64,000 nucleotides of DNA from a candidate division WWE3 bacterium (lineage in GTDB: Bacteria > Patescibacteriota > 4484-211 > GCA-002791395), in assembly GCA_013335095.1 (NCBI GenBank), contig JAAXWF010000001.1, positions 22,797-86,796 of the forward strand, given 5' to 3'. The notes below the pieces were generated by a model that saw nothing but the letters and a program-made list of their open reading frames with translations, had not been told where the DNA came from and ran no database searches. Positions 26,956-38,078 of this stretch are shown in pieces (within the stretch, counting starts at the first letter, position 1; each line of letters starts with the position of its first letter). A program made the translations under genes and the position numbers.

Positions 26956-29262
26956 ATGATCGAAAAGACCTCTAAACAATTAATAACCTTCATGACGATT
27001 GTGAGTTCATTCATGATCGTTGCATTGTCCCTACTATTTATTGATAGTTACGGTTCTAAAACAGCTTCAGATAATCGAAAATCAGCCAGTGCTGCTCAAA
27101 ATACTGGTAATTATGTACTCTATACCCAAACAGACATTGACAATATCAAGGCTCAAATCAATTCAAATACCACCATTAAAAATGCTTATAACGACCTCAT
27201 CACTAAGGCAAATGAAGATTTAAATGGCTCATTCCATTTCTACGGTGGAACTTCACATACCGCAAATAGCCAAGCATCACGAGCCGCGCTTAGACTAGCT
27301 CTGGCATACAGGCTTACGGGAGATACGCAGTATGCATCGAAAGCAAAAAGCGTGGTTATGACCGTTACGAGTGCATCAACTATGGTAACTGATGATCCAT
27401 CAATACCCGACAAAGCAACCGCATCGGATAGTCTTTTGTTATATGGGGTCGATACTCCAGGCATGATTCTTGCAGCTGATTTTCTTGATACTTATCCTGG
27501 GTTCAATTCAAGTGAAAAGCAGTCGGTAAAAGATTGGTTTAACGCGACAGCGCGAAGCGCTATGACTCTTCATTACAACACCAAAGTACAAGCTGAAGCC
27601 GGACGTGAATATATGGATCTTGGGTTTACGAACTATAACAGTTGGAGAGTTGTTTTAATTATGACTGCGGGAATATATACCAAAGATTCTGAATTATTTA
27701 ATTTTGCAGTTAGTTATTTTAAAAACTCCCTCATGGAAGAAATGTTTAATTCTTTAGGAGTAGCCGTATGGGAAGTACGAAGAATCACGACAAAAACCTA
27801 TTACTACTCTCACTATACAATTTCGGGAATGCTGCAATTAATTATACTTGCGCGAAAACAAGGAGTCGATCTTGCCAGCTATAAAAATTCTGCCGGGGCG
27901 AATCTTAAAACAGTTCTGGATTATTATTACCAGTTTGCGAACGGTACGCCGTGGCCTTATGAAGGAATAGAAGGGTCTAATCCTCCAAAATATTCTGATG
28001 TATGGGAAAACTTTGAAGCAGGTTATTTTATGTATAAAGACTCAAGATATAACACGCTCATAAATTCCTATCGACCGACATACTGGAGGTCTGGCATCAT
28101 GACTCCCAACACGTTATTTTTCTTAAGTAGTGATTTCAATAATCCTTCAAATCCGATAACGCCAAACCCGACCACAACAGGTGCGCCTACAGCAACACCC
28201 ATACCAGTACCGACCGGTCGAATAAATCCATCGCCACGATTGCCGATCTCGCCATATAATTCGACCGGAACGCCGTGGGCAATACCCGGAACAATTGAGG
28301 CGGAAAGTTTCGATAATGGTGGTGTGGGGATTGCCTACTACGACACTGATTCAGACAATATTGGCGGAGCATATCGATCGACAAGCATTGATATTGATCC
28401 CTACAGTAACGGTAATTACAGCGTAGCATGGATTAGGCCAACAGAGTGGCTACGGTATTCGGTGTTTGTCCAAACACGCGGGATATATGACATTAAACCT
28501 CGAGTCGCCTTCAAAGGACCGGCAGGAAATTTTGATATTGAGATTGATGGCAAAGTCGTCGGTAGTTTTACCATACCTGATACAAAAGAATTTAGCGCAT
28601 TTACCGATATAACCGTAGGAAATATTCAGCTAGAAACCGGATATCATGTACTTCGAATTATTGCAGTCAGTGCAAATGAGGGTAGTTACGATGGATTGAT
28701 GGGAGATATTGATAAATTCACCTTCGTCTTAACTAAAAACCTTTCTACGTCACCGAATACCCAATCGCCCGCTGCGGTACCAGGAAAAATCGAGGCGGAA
28801 AACTTTGACCGAGGTGGCGAAGGGATCGCATATCATGACACCAAGACTGGCAACGAACTTGTGATTCAAAATAAAGGCGGGATTGATTACCGACCAGGAG
28901 AAGGTGTCGATATTGGGAAAAACGCAAATGGCGCAACCTATGTCGGCTGGATTGAAAATACCGAATGGTTAGTCTACACCATTAACGTAACTGAAGATGG
29001 CTATTACCACCTATCGGCACAAGCTGGATTTAATGGCGCTGGTGGAAGCTTCGATCTTGAGATTGATGGTAAGACTCAAGGGCACTTTACTATTCGAGAT
29101 TTGGGTGCATGGGATATTTACACCACCATACCTGCATGGCCTCCGTATATCAGGTTAACCAAAGGTACACATACCCTTCGGCTCATCGCCAAACAACGAC
29201 CTGGTGTATCCACCTATCAAAATCTTCTCGGTGATATCGATTATTTCGAAATTTCAAAGTAA
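26956..29262 (+). CDS. Secreted alginate-lyase/heparinase-II/III-like (alpha/alpha)6 toroid domain protein with two C-terminal CBM6-like modules
   Basis: Signal peptide; AYRLTGDTQYASKA motif shared with 32473-34503 and 48996-50897; two repeats IEAE(S/N)FD.GG.GIAY.DT...W..Y. Confidence 0.5.
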   Translation: MIEKTSKQLITFMTIVSSFMIVALSLLFIDSYGSKTASDNRKSASAAQNTGNYVLYTQTDIDNIKAQINSNTTIKNAYNDLITKANEDLNGSFHFYGGTSHTANSQASRAALRLALAYRLTGDTQYASKAKSVVMTVTSASTMVTDDPSIPDKATASDSLLLYGVDTPGMILAADFLDTYPGFNSSEKQSVKDWFNATARSAMTLHYNTKVQAEAGREYMDLGFTNYNSWRVVLIMTAGIYTKDSELFNFAVSYFKNSLMEEMFNSLGVAVWEVRRITTKTYYYSHYTISGMLQLIILARKQGVDLASYKNSAGANLKTVLDYYYQFANGTPWPYEGIEGSNPPKYSDVWENFEAGYFMYKDSRYNTLINSYRPTYWRSGIMTPNTLFFLSSDFNNPSNPITPNPTTTGAPTATPIPVPTGRINPSPRLPISPYNSTGTPWAIPGTIEAESFDNGGVGIAYYDTDSDNIGGAYRSTSIDIDPYSNGNYSVAWIRPTEWLRYSVFVQTRGIYDIKPRVAFKGPAGNFDIEIDGKVVGSFTIPDTKEFSAFTDITVGNIQLETGYHVLRIIAVSANEGSYDGLMGDIDKFTFVLTKNLSTSPNTQSPAAVPGKIEAENFDRGGEGIAYHDTKTGNELVIQNKGGIDYRPGEGVDIGKNANGATYVGWIENTEWLVYTINVTEDGYYHLSAQAGFNGAGGSFDLEIDGKTQGHFTIRDLGAWDIYTTIPAWPPYIRLTKGTHTLRLIAKQRPGVSTYQNLLGDIDYFEISK

Positions 29263-29329
29263 CACATCCAGATAAAGTAAAGCGGCCGATGATAGGTTCA
29301 TACCATCGGCCAACTGTGAATATGTAAAA

Positions 29330-29743
29330 TCACCATGGGATATCCTCTCCACCATCTAGTATCCATGGCAATACTTTGTGAATCACGCCCAAGTGAGTTG
29401 CGAGTTCTATCTGACCCCACGTTACTCGGCAAGCACTTGGATGTTTCGTCGCAAATAGATATGCCCTCGACATAACATCGATGTGCATATTGCTCGTATC
29501 GATAACCAGCCACCCTTCTTTTTTAGAACAAAGTGGAGTGATTGGAGCCGTGATGATCTGACACCCATGCTGATCATGACCATGATAAAGCGCATGACCG
29601 GCGTGGATGATTAACGCCTGAATTTCGGGTTTGAAGTGCTCAAATCGAACTTCATTTGAACGTATTACGGAAAGAGTTTCCGAGTTACCAGGACAAACCT
29701 GATATTCTCCGGCTAGATCAGCCGGATCCAAGAGGAGTTGCAT
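29330..29743 (-). CDS. Hypothetical His-rich protein (HAGHALYHGHDQHG); paralog of 29873-30109 N-terminal region
   Basis: gaaggagg RBS; shared LLDPADL...VRFEHFKPE.Q block. Confidence 0.5.
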   Translation of the reverse strand: MQLLLDPADLAGEYQVCPGNSETLSVIRSNEVRFEHFKPEIQALIIHAGHALYHGHDQHGCQIITAPITPLCSKKEGWLVIDTSNMHIDVMSRAYLFATKHPSACRVTWGQIELATHLGVIHKVLPWILDGGEDIPW

Positions 29744-29818
29744 AACTTCCTCCTTCATGAAGTTTCAGACAAGCAATTCCGACCGTTATTATACGATCTG
29801 AATGTAACTAGAACAAAA

Positions 29819-29850
29819 AAACCGGCAGGAAAATTTCCTGCCGGGACGCA
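29819..29850 (-). terminator. Hairpin ccggcagg aaaattt cctgccgg with U7 on minus strand
   Basis: Perfect 8-bp inverted repeat. Confidence 0.65.
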
Positions 29851-29872
29851 TATATGTGGGCGCTGATTTTAT

Positions 29873-30109
29873 CTAGCCACGAACTTGATCGCCGTCGAAG
29901 ACGACGCGAGGTGGAATGATCGCATTATACGAGGATCGATCCCAAGTGAAGTAGGTCGCCTCGCCGACCCTTCGGATTACGTCCTGCACCTCAGGCTTGA
30001 AGTGCTCGAAGCGAACAAGCGAGGGATTCAGTGTTGGCATGATTCCGCCGTTTTCCGTAGCTTCCTGATGTTCCGGCTTAAGATCGGCCGGATCGAGTGT
30101 GAGTCTCAT
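29873..30109 (-). CDS. Short paralog (78 aa) of the 29330-29743 N-terminal domain
   Basis: agaggag RBS. Confidence 0.45.
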   Translation of the reverse strand: MRLTLDPADLKPEHQEATENGGIMPTLNPSLVRFEHFKPEVQDVIRRVGEATYFTWDRSSYNAIIPPRVVFDGDQVRG

Positions 30110-30192
30110 CGAGAATCTCCTCTAGTGGGCTTTCACCCTCCAGAAATTCGCCACAAAGACACTATTATTATAACAGATCGACTATAGGATAA

Positions 30193-31023
30193 CTAAAACG
30201 TATCGCATAAAAGATAATCTCCGTGTTCAAAACCTTTGTTAAACCACTCAACCCGTTGAGATGACGATCCATGAGTCCACGTTTCGGGTGAAATTTGGCC
30301 AGAAACTTTTTGCTGAATTCGATCATCCCCAACCGCCGCCGCCGCATCAAGCGCCTCAGAGATCTCACCGGGTTCAAGTACACCAATCATATTAACGCTG
30401 TGGGCCCAGACCCCTGCGTAACAATCAGCCTGAAGTTCTACTTTTACAGACAGCTCATTTTCCGACTCACCATTATGAGCAGTATCAGCCGCCTGTAATA
30501 CGCCGAGCTGTTCCTGCACATGATGACCCACTTCATGAGCTATGACATATGCTTCGGCCACATCTCCGCCTTTTGCACCAAGCCTGGTTGTTAACTCATC
30601 AAAAAAGGTTTCATCGAGATAAATTGTTTGATCATATGGACAATAGTGAGGTCCGACTTGAGAGGTGGCCACTCCACATCCAGACGTAGTTATATTTCGA
30701 AACAGGACCAAACGAGGAGGAGAATAAGTATGGTTTTGTTGCTTTAACTGATCAACCCATAGATCATTAGCTGAACCAAGAACTGTTGAAGAAAACTGTT
30801 CATAGGCATCGTTGCCAGCAAACGATGAAGTATCTGACTCGTTTTGAGAATTTAACGCGACGTTTAAGACCTGATTGAGGATTTGGGTAGGATCAGCGCC
30901 AGCCAAGACACTTAGACCAACATATAGGGCGACACCAACTAGACCAACACCACTCACATATGGAGCCATACCACGACGATCTTCAATGTTCCCTCGACTG
31001 GTAATTCGGTCCCAATTAGCCAT
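30193..31023 (-). CDS. ypfJ: YpfJ-family putative neutral zinc metallopeptidase
   Basis: N-terminal TM; HEVGHHVQ zinc motif; CPYD..IYLDETFF and ELQADCYAGVWA blocks characteristic of the family. Confidence 0.75.
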   Translation of the reverse strand: MANWDRITSRGNIEDRRGMAPYVSGVGLVGVALYVGLSVLAGADPTQILNQVLNVALNSQNESDTSSFAGNDAYEQFSSTVLGSANDLWVDQLKQQNHTYSPPRLVLFRNITTSGCGVATSQVGPHYCPYDQTIYLDETFFDELTTRLGAKGGDVAEAYVIAHEVGHHVQEQLGVLQAADTAHNGESENELSVKVELQADCYAGVWAHSVNMIGVLEPGEISEALDAAAAVGDDRIQQKVSGQISPETWTHGSSSQRVEWFNKGFEHGDYLLCDTF

Positions 31024-31027
31024 GTAA

Positions 31028-32419
31028 TTATTGTACCTTATCTGCTCTGTTCGAAGGATCGAAAATCGATGGCTCTAATTCTTCACCGTTTATCAGACGC
31101 GCAATTCGATCCCCACCAACAATTGATGGTAAAAGGCCGACCCCGTTGCATCCCAAGTTATACATTAGAACTTTATTCGCAGGTTCAAAGCCAACTAACC
31201 GAACACCATTAGGTGTATACCCCATCAGTCCGTGCCATGAATACAAGTACGATATTTCTCCCTTAGGAGCAAATTTATATGTTTGATGAATGAATGCATC
31301 TATTTCATACTGAGCAGATGCAGGAAATGCACTATCTTGAACATAATCAGTCGTATTATGCATGCGTTGTTCGGGGCCACCGACACAAACCAAACTTTGT
31401 TCTTTGGCCCCATCATGGTGAACCGTTCTACGCGTTAACGTATAGTATGGTTCAAGTTCGTACGCTGAATCATTTGAATACAAACCTCGTGGTAAATAAC
31501 TTATTGCTACAGGTGGATTAATATGTTCTTCGACAAAACCGGCCATATATCCAACAACTCCACGGATTAAATAATGAAAATGAGTGTCGATTTCTTCTCC
31601 AGCTTTGTTAGTAATCGTAAATTTTTCAAATCCGTTTGTGCACAATACGATTTGCTTAGTACTGATCTTATATGGCCCGCTTAACAGCTCACCGCGATCT
31701 TGATCAAGAATAATTTCATTGATGTGAGTATGCTCGTATACGTTAAATCGATCAGCATATGTTTTCACTAAATAGTGAGCAAGTTCACGAGTTAAGAAAG
31801 CGCTATTCATGACGCCCTTACGGGTAGACAAAGCGGCGATAAACCGTCTATCCTCAGTTTCTAAAAGAGATAAGATATTTTCATGAGGTACGATCGAATA
31901 CAGCCCCTCGTAAAGTGTGGGAATTTGATTGGCTAGTCCCGATTCCCCGGCCACGATCAAGGGCTCGAGATCTATTCGAGCATGGTTGGCGTAACGATTA
32001 TTTTCTAGATGTACGATAATTGAATCCAGGTCCTGAAACCCAGCATACCCAGTAAAATCAGCAAACTTAGTTTTAAGCCCACAATCAGTAATAATATTTT
32101 GTAACAGTGACCAACCATCATTTACATCCGATTGGGCTTTCGCGACCATTTCTAAACCGAATTCCTGAACCATCGAAGATATTTGTCGTTCAAAGTAACT
32201 CACCAATTGGCCGGCATTATGCCCAGTTGCGCCATGAGCTAATTTATATCCTTCAACAAGGATTACTTTTTTACTAGTATTTTTAAGAAGAAAATATGCA
32301 GTAACAACGCCCGAAATACCCCCGCCGACGATGGTAATTTCGGTTTGCTGATCTTGTTGTAAGTTTGGATATGAATACGAATCAAGTTGAGCAATCCATG
32401 GGGAGTTATTATTTGCCAT
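31028..32419 (-). CDS. FAD-dependent oxidoreductase (DAO-like)
   Basis: IVGGGISGVVTAYFL dinucleotide-binding motif. Confidence 0.65.
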   Translation of the reverse strand: MANNNSPWIAQLDSYSYPNLQQDQQTEITIVGGGISGVVTAYFLLKNTSKKVILVEGYKLAHGATGHNAGQLVSYFERQISSMVQEFGLEMVAKAQSDVNDGWSLLQNIITDCGLKTKFADFTGYAGFQDLDSIIVHLENNRYANHARIDLEPLIVAGESGLANQIPTLYEGLYSIVPHENILSLLETEDRRFIAALSTRKGVMNSAFLTRELAHYLVKTYADRFNVYEHTHINEIILDQDRGELLSGPYKISTKQIVLCTNGFEKFTITNKAGEEIDTHFHYLIRGVVGYMAGFVEEHINPPVAISYLPRGLYSNDSAYELEPYYTLTRRTVHHDGAKEQSLVCVGGPEQRMHNTTDYVQDSAFPASAQYEIDAFIHQTYKFAPKGEISYLYSWHGLMGYTPNGVRLVGFEPANKVLMYNLGCNGVGLLPSIVGGDRIARLINGEELEPSIFDPSNRADKVQ

Positions 32420-32472
32420 GTACGATGATAAGAATATCAGAAAATAAGTAGAAGCGAAATTTGACTACATTC

Positions 32473-34503
32473 CTACGAGGTTCGCTGATACGAAGCAATT
32501 AATAAAGACAGATCAAATACATTAACTGATCCATCTTGGTTTATGTCACTTCGGCGCTCATGTAAAGGGCTCTGTGCAGTAGGACTTGTACCGTAAAAAC
32601 TGGCAAGAATTCCCAGATCAAAAATATTTGTCACACCATCCTGGTTGATGTCGGATGAATGAATCGGAGTCTGAGTAGGTGTAACGGATTGAGTAAATTT
32701 GCGTAGATTATTAGAGTCAATTACAACCGGAGTAGTACTATCAGACGATTTCCAGAAGACCGTAGTATGGTCTTCACCAATACTTTCAACATGTAACACT
32801 TCCAAATAATAACTATTTCCATTTATAAGCTGGATAGGATTGCTTTGGATCTGGCTAACCGAGCAACTTTGGGCTTCACTTATTGAGCAAGAGTAGTCTT
32901 GATAGTTAAGCCACCGATCTATATGAGCAATTAATTGCTTTGAATCGGGTTCTGCACTCGTACCCAAATAGAGAACAGCCGCATCATCTGCCGTAAGGTA
33001 AAACGTATAGGAACCTGTTTTCTGAGGAATTAATATAGCACGCATTCGTGAACCAAAATTAGAGTCGATCGTAGAAGCCCCTTGATGTAACGGTGCGTTT
33101 AATGATGAAATATAGGTGGTTGAAGTCGGTGAATTAGGGAATCGCTCATCTTTAGATAGATCACTGATAAGCGCATTGGGTTGCGTTTGTATCGTATCCC
33201 ATCGTTCATACAATACATTTGTTTGCCCTGGTGTTAGAGTTGGTGTTATTGATGGTTTTGGAGTCGGCGTAGTTGTTGGCACACGGGTAGGAGTCGGATC
33301 TCCTGGCTTGGCTAAATGCCTTCCGTTATAAAGATAAACGAATGGGCCAAATAAAACAGAATGAGCAGTTGGCCTTTTAGTCCCAGACCAATCACGATTT
33401 TGTTCTATAATCTTTAAATATTCAGAATTACCCCAATACGCATATGCAGCTTGATATGTAGCGGCATAGTCCGTATGGATGAACGGATAACTCACACCCT
33501 TTCCTCCAACATGCGGCCACGCGGTACCAGTAAAATACTTTACCAGTGAATCAAACGCCAGTTTTAAATTTCGACCATCTGAGGTTGTATAATCCCACAA
33601 ATTTACACCTTGTTGACGTGCGATTTCGGCTAAAACAACCATTCCCGATAACGAGAATCCCGTGTAGTACCAGGTATCATCTCCATTTGATTCAAATCGA
33701 GCCATTTCGTGACCGATAAAACCATTAGCTTCAATAACCCGAGGATTAGAAGGCCAACAGTGACCGGTCGCACTTTCGAGATAGCGTTTATATGCATTAA
33801 ATGCGACATCTTTAAGATTAGAATCATTCGTAACGACTCCAGCCGAAGCAACAAGGGAGGCCCGAAACCATTTCATGTTAGTAATACAGTTATCATTCAA
33901 ATTCGGAGTATTACTTAATATATCGTATGCAAGGTTATGAAAAAAAGTTCGAATGGTTTCTTTTTTAGCTGAATCAAAACCGCTATAGTCCTCGACTAAA
34001 TTAAAAGCTTGAGCCAACAGTGTGTACTGGACCCCCCACGATAATTCCCGATTAGGACGATCAGCAATAGGTACAGATTTTATATCGGGCGTAAAGTTCG
34101 TTTGCGATGACAGTAAATTAATTGTTGCTTGTGCATACTCTCCTTTTCCGGTTATTTGGTACGCCCAAGCAGTGTGAATTGCAGTCCGACCTTCATCGGC
34201 AAATTTTCCGGAAACTTCGGACCAGATCCCACCATTTTTAATGGCGTCATCGGCGACGCTCACAACAAAATCACGAGATTGGCTATTTAAATCAAGCGAA
34301 GTGGACAAAGATTTCATTTCCTGTCGTTCGGTAGCATTTGCGATGACCGAACCTGTTGCGGCCTGAGTTATGACCGGAGGTGATTCGATTGTTTGAGAAC
34401 TAAAGATATAAAATGAAACACCTATAACCGACAACCAGAAAAATGCTAAATCTAAAGGGATTATTCTTTTTATAGATTTTTTCGCGATTAAATACGATGA
34501 CAT
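32473..34503 (-). CDS. Secreted alginate-lyase-like toroid domain protein with PA14 module and C-terminal dockerin
   Basis: N-terminal TM anchor; AYQITGKGEYAQA motif; PA14-like GSYTFYLTADDAAVLYLG; dockerin DINQDGVTNIFD / DINQDGSVNVFD. Confidence 0.5.
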   Translation of the reverse strand: MSSYLIAKKSIKRIIPLDLAFFWLSVIGVSFYIFSSQTIESPPVITQAATGSVIANATERQEMKSLSTSLDLNSQSRDFVVSVADDAIKNGGIWSEVSGKFADEGRTAIHTAWAYQITGKGEYAQATINLLSSQTNFTPDIKSVPIADRPNRELSWGVQYTLLAQAFNLVEDYSGFDSAKKETIRTFFHNLAYDILSNTPNLNDNCITNMKWFRASLVASAGVVTNDSNLKDVAFNAYKRYLESATGHCWPSNPRVIEANGFIGHEMARFESNGDDTWYYTGFSLSGMVVLAEIARQQGVNLWDYTTSDGRNLKLAFDSLVKYFTGTAWPHVGGKGVSYPFIHTDYAATYQAAYAYWGNSEYLKIIEQNRDWSGTKRPTAHSVLFGPFVYLYNGRHLAKPGDPTPTRVPTTTPTPKPSITPTLTPGQTNVLYERWDTIQTQPNALISDLSKDERFPNSPTSTTYISSLNAPLHQGASTIDSNFGSRMRAILIPQKTGSYTFYLTADDAAVLYLGTSAEPDSKQLIAHIDRWLNYQDYSCSISEAQSCSVSQIQSNPIQLINGNSYYLEVLHVESIGEDHTTVFWKSSDSTTPVVIDSNNLRKFTQSVTPTQTPIHSSDINQDGVTNIFDLGILASFYGTSPTAQSPLHERRSDINQDGSVNVFDLSLLIASYQRTS

Positions 34504-34598
34504 AGGCGGGGTCTATTATTTGAGATTAGGACAATAAGTCAATTCCTGCAAGCGGAAATAATGAGCGGAGGTTTTCGCCTCCGCTTGATTGAAAGAAC

Positions 34599-35054
34599 TT
34601 AGAGAATCGCGGCAGCGACCTGCCTTGATGAGGGCATTAAGTAGTCGAGATACGGGATATGTTCGATCGTACATCGGTAATGGGATCCGACCCCATATGG
34701 CACCCCGACATCGACCATAAGCCCGGTACCCAGCCGACTCATATAATAGAGCTGAGTCGCACCCACATCGACCGCCGTTTCGCCAAGAAGAGGATCTTCA
34801 TGGCGGCGGATTCGGAATGTAACCTCAAGAGCCCGCCGTGTATTAAACACACGGAAGGCCCCCATCGAATGTACCGCCAAAACGACCCGTTGCTGCGCAT
34901 GAGATGCTCGTTCGAGCAACTCAAGGCCGTTTTCTCCCACGGCAAGCCAAATATTACGATACCCTGGAGTATCATAATCAGCGAACCTCATAAATTGCTG
35001 TTGAACACTACCATCGTTCATCCAGGAAACCTGGATACCGGTAGAACCAGGCAT
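34599..35054 (-). CDS. Hypothetical protein (high-GC)
   Basis: ATG 35054 with aggaggg RBS; terminator-like hairpin agcggagg/cctccgct at about 34565-34590. Confidence 0.5.
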   Translation of the reverse strand: MPGSTGIQVSWMNDGSVQQQFMRFADYDTPGYRNIWLAVGENGLELLERASHAQQRVVLAVHSMGAFRVFNTRRALEVTFRIRRHEDPLLGETAVDVGATQLYYMSRLGTGLMVDVGVPYGVGSHYRCTIEHIPYLDYLMPSSRQVAAAIL

Positions 35055-35173
35055 AGCGGCCCTCCTATCAATGACAGGAACCATAGTAAGTGTAGAGAGT
35101 ATAAAAAAAGCCACCATGGAAGTCAAACAGATCTATATTCGATAATTTATTAAGGTGTACAATACAATTAATT

Positions 35174-35620
35174 ATGGTTAATTTAAAATCCGAAGTAATT
35201 ACGGGTATTACCATAGGAGTCATCGTTATTATGTTTCTTATTTGGCCACAACTTAAAAATAAACCGACAACAGAAGATCCCCAGAATCAAGGGAAAAACC
35301 AATTAGTGACTGTTTCACCCAAAGAATTTAGCGAGCAACTTAAACAAGATGATGTAATCGTGATTGATGTACGTACCGAAAGTGAGTTTCGTGAATCACA
35401 CATACAAAATGCCGCAAACGTAGATTATTATCAGACAGAGAAATTTGATTCGTACCTCAACCAACTCGATAAACAAAAACAATATATGATTTACTGTCGT
35501 TCAGGTCATCGAGCCGGACAAGCTCTCGAAATAATGAAGCAAAAAGGATTTACTCATGTAACGAACCTCGCTGGTGGAATAAGTGCATGGATTGGTAACA
35601 ATTACCCAGTAGTTAATTAA
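35174..35620 (+). CDS. Membrane-anchored rhodanese-domain sulfurtransferase
   Basis: Active-site loop YCRSGHRAG. Confidence 0.75.
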   Translation: MVNLKSEVITGITIGVIVIMFLIWPQLKNKPTTEDPQNQGKNQLVTVSPKEFSEQLKQDDVIVIDVRTESEFRESHIQNAANVDYYQTEKFDSYLNQLDKQKQYMIYCRSGHRAGQALEIMKQKGFTHVTNLAGGISAWIGNNYPVVN

Positions 35621-35892
35621 GGATTATTCCGATTTATTCACCACAGAATCCCATTTCTCGTCAATTATAATTTGTTCTTTAGATGCCCAGTGTATTGTTT
35701 CTTTATTAATAGCGGGATAAATCGCCTCACCTGATGTAAATGACAAGGGTTCTTTTGTAGCAATATCATCAACGGTTTTCCAAACTACCAAGCATTCATC
35801 ACACATCGATACCAGATACGATGCTCAGCACCCATGAAATAACTCAGCTAGAGTTCAGTAAAAGTTAAGCTCATCTCGTTATAATACAAACT

Positions 35893-36567
35893 ATGAATAT
35901 ATTAGTCGTTGAAGACGAAGTTAAATTAGCCAATGCAATCAAACGTGCGCTGGAAATACAAACATATGCGGTAACCGTTGCGTATGATGGGCAAACTGGT
36001 TTAGATTTAGCCGTATCAGAAGAGCTTGATCTCATCATATTAGATTTAATGCTCCCAAAAATCGATGGACTTGAAATATGCCGGATGATACGAAACCAAG
36101 GCATTCATACTCCAGTTTTGATACTAACCGCCAAAGGTCTCGTAAGCGATAAAATTAACGGACTCGATACAGGGGCAGACGATTACATGGTCAAACCATT
36201 CTCTTTTGAAGAATTATTTGCACGAATTAGAGCATTAACACGAAGGCCCCGCCACGTAATTAATCCGGTACTAACTGTTGAGGATTTACTGCTCGACCCT
36301 TCAAAATTTACGGTCAGTAGAAATGAGATTGGAATTAGTTTATCCAGCAAAGAATTTGCCTTACTTGAATATTTAATGCGAAACAAAGGCTCAATATTAA
36401 CTAAAACCCAAATTATTGGACATATTTGGGACTATGATGCCGATGTATTACCCAACGTCGTTGAGGTTCATATAAAACACCTTCGCGATAAAGTCGATAA
36501 ACCATTTGAAAAACCATTAATAATGACAGTTCGAGGTTTTGGATACATGATTGGAGCAAAGGAATGA
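35893..36567 (+). CDS. OmpR-family response regulator
   Basis: Receiver domain (DLMLP, TAKG) plus winged-helix output; TATAAT 8 nt upstream. Confidence 0.85.
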   Translation: MNILVVEDEVKLANAIKRALEIQTYAVTVAYDGQTGLDLAVSEELDLIILDLMLPKIDGLEICRMIRNQGIHTPVLILTAKGLVSDKINGLDTGADDYMVKPFSFEELFARIRALTRRPRHVINPVLTVEDLLLDPSKFTVSRNEIGISLSSKEFALLEYLMRNKGSILTKTQIIGHIWDYDADVLPNVVEVHIKHLRDKVDKPFEKPLIMTVRGFGYMIGAKE

Positions 36568-37592
36568 CTATATTCCATAACGCCCGGATAACTTTAACCG
36601 CATGGTATTTAATAATTATTGCGATGATCAGTTTATGCTTTAGCGTTGCTTTTTATCAGGCTTCGACACGAGAAATAGATCGGTTAATTAATCGAATACA
36701 AATGGACCAGCAAAGGTCATCAAACCAAACAGCACCTCCCCCGCCCCATATGATGAATACACCCAGTATAAGTGATCTGGAACAATTAAAAGAACGGCTC
36801 AAAATTACACTGATTATTATTAACGGAGTAATCGTGGCGACTTCGGGAGTTGCGAGTTATTTTTTAGCTAGCCGAACACTTAAGCCTATTAAGCAAATGG
36901 TCGATGAGCAACAAGAATTTATTTCAAGTGCTTCACATGAACTACGCACACCAATTGCAGTACTGCGGGCGGAAATGGAAACAAGCCTCATGGAAAAGCA
37001 TATTACCGATGCCCAGGCACGCGCCCTGATTAAAAGTAATTTAGAAGAGGTTTCATCAATGCAATATCTGGTAAATAATCTGTTAAAGATAACAAAATTA
37101 CATAATGGTAATCACGAACTCCAACTCACAAAGAAAGAATTAGTATTGTCCGAGATACTCGAAACAACATTTACCCGCCTACAAACATTAGCTGATCCGA
37201 AAAAAATATCAATATCTACGTCGGTGCCTGATATAAAAATTATTGCTGATGAGGAGAGCATCAGAGAACTATTCACAATCATAATAGACAACGCGATTAA
37301 ATATAGTCGACCGTCAAGTACTATACAGATCAAAGCACACCAGGAGCAGCATATGGCTCATATAACCATAACCGATACTGGAATCGGAATCCCACCGCAA
37401 GATATTCCGCATATTTTTGAACGGTTTTATCGTTCAGATAAATCGCGATCACAAACCGAGGGATTTGGGCTCGGCTTACCGATCGCTCAAAAAATAGTCG
37501 AACAGCATCATGGTAAAATCTTTATTACAAGCAAAGTCGGAAAAGGAACGACAGTTCATATAGATCTTCCCATTTTTCACTCACATTCTTAA
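36564..37592 (+). CDS. Sensor histidine kinase
   Basis: H-box SASHELRTPIA; G2 box GFGLGLPIA; two TM helices; 4-nt overlap with the regulator gene. Confidence 0.85.
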   Translation: MTIFHNARITLTAWYLIIIAMISLCFSVAFYQASTREIDRLINRIQMDQQRSSNQTAPPPPHMMNTPSISDLEQLKERLKITLIIINGVIVATSGVASYFLASRTLKPIKQMVDEQQEFISSASHELRTPIAVLRAEMETSLMEKHITDAQARALIKSNLEEVSSMQYLVNNLLKITKLHNGNHELQLTKKELVLSEILETTFTRLQTLADPKKISISTSVPDIKIIADEESIRELFTIIIDNAIKYSRPSSTIQIKAHQEQHMAHITITDTGIGIPPQDIPHIFERFYRSDKSRSQTEGFGLGLPIAQKIVEQHHGKIFITSKVGKGTTVHIDLPIFHSHS

Positions 37593-37640
37593 TACGAACC
37601 TTTAAGCAAAGGTTAAGATGGATTTTGTAAAACGACTCTC

Positions 37641-38054
37641 ATGAAACAACACAATCACACATACCGACTCTCAAAGTTCTTGCTCATCGGTGCACTCGCG
37701 ACTTTAATCGATTTAGCCTTGTATGTCATTTTGTGTAATCGACTACATTTAATTCCATCGGTGGCGGCGAGCGTTTCGTTTTCATGTTCAACTCTTATAA
37801 ATTTTTCGCTGAATAATCGGATCACGTTTTTATCATCTGATCGAACGTACTTTGAAAAAATAGCTCGATTCTATACCGTCGCAATCGGTGGATTAATACT
37901 TACATATCTAGGCATAAGCCTCTTAACGATGTCGTTCGGATTCGACTACTTAATAGCTAAAGTTTGTGTTGTCATTCTCGTAACAATCTACAATTATCTC
38001 TTGCAAAGTAGAGTAACTTTTAATGTATCTCAGAATAACTTAAGCCGAAGTTAA
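37641..38054 (+). CDS. GtrA-family membrane protein
   Basis: Four TM helices with GtrA-like N-terminus. Confidence 0.65.
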   Translation: MKQHNHTYRLSKFLLIGALATLIDLALYVILCNRLHLIPSVAASVSFSCSTLINFSLNNRITFLSSDRTYFEKIARFYTVAIGGLILTYLGISLLTMSFGFDYLIAKVCVVILVTIYNYLLQSRVTFNVSQNNLSRS

Positions 38055-38078
38055 GAATTATCAGATACTATTCCAAAC

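Noticed and set aside
29330-30109. Toxin-antitoxin pair interpretation of the two adjacent small paralogs
   Set aside because: The two proteins are homologous to each other in their N-terminal region rather than forming a toxin/antitoxin pair. Each has its own RBS and terminator.
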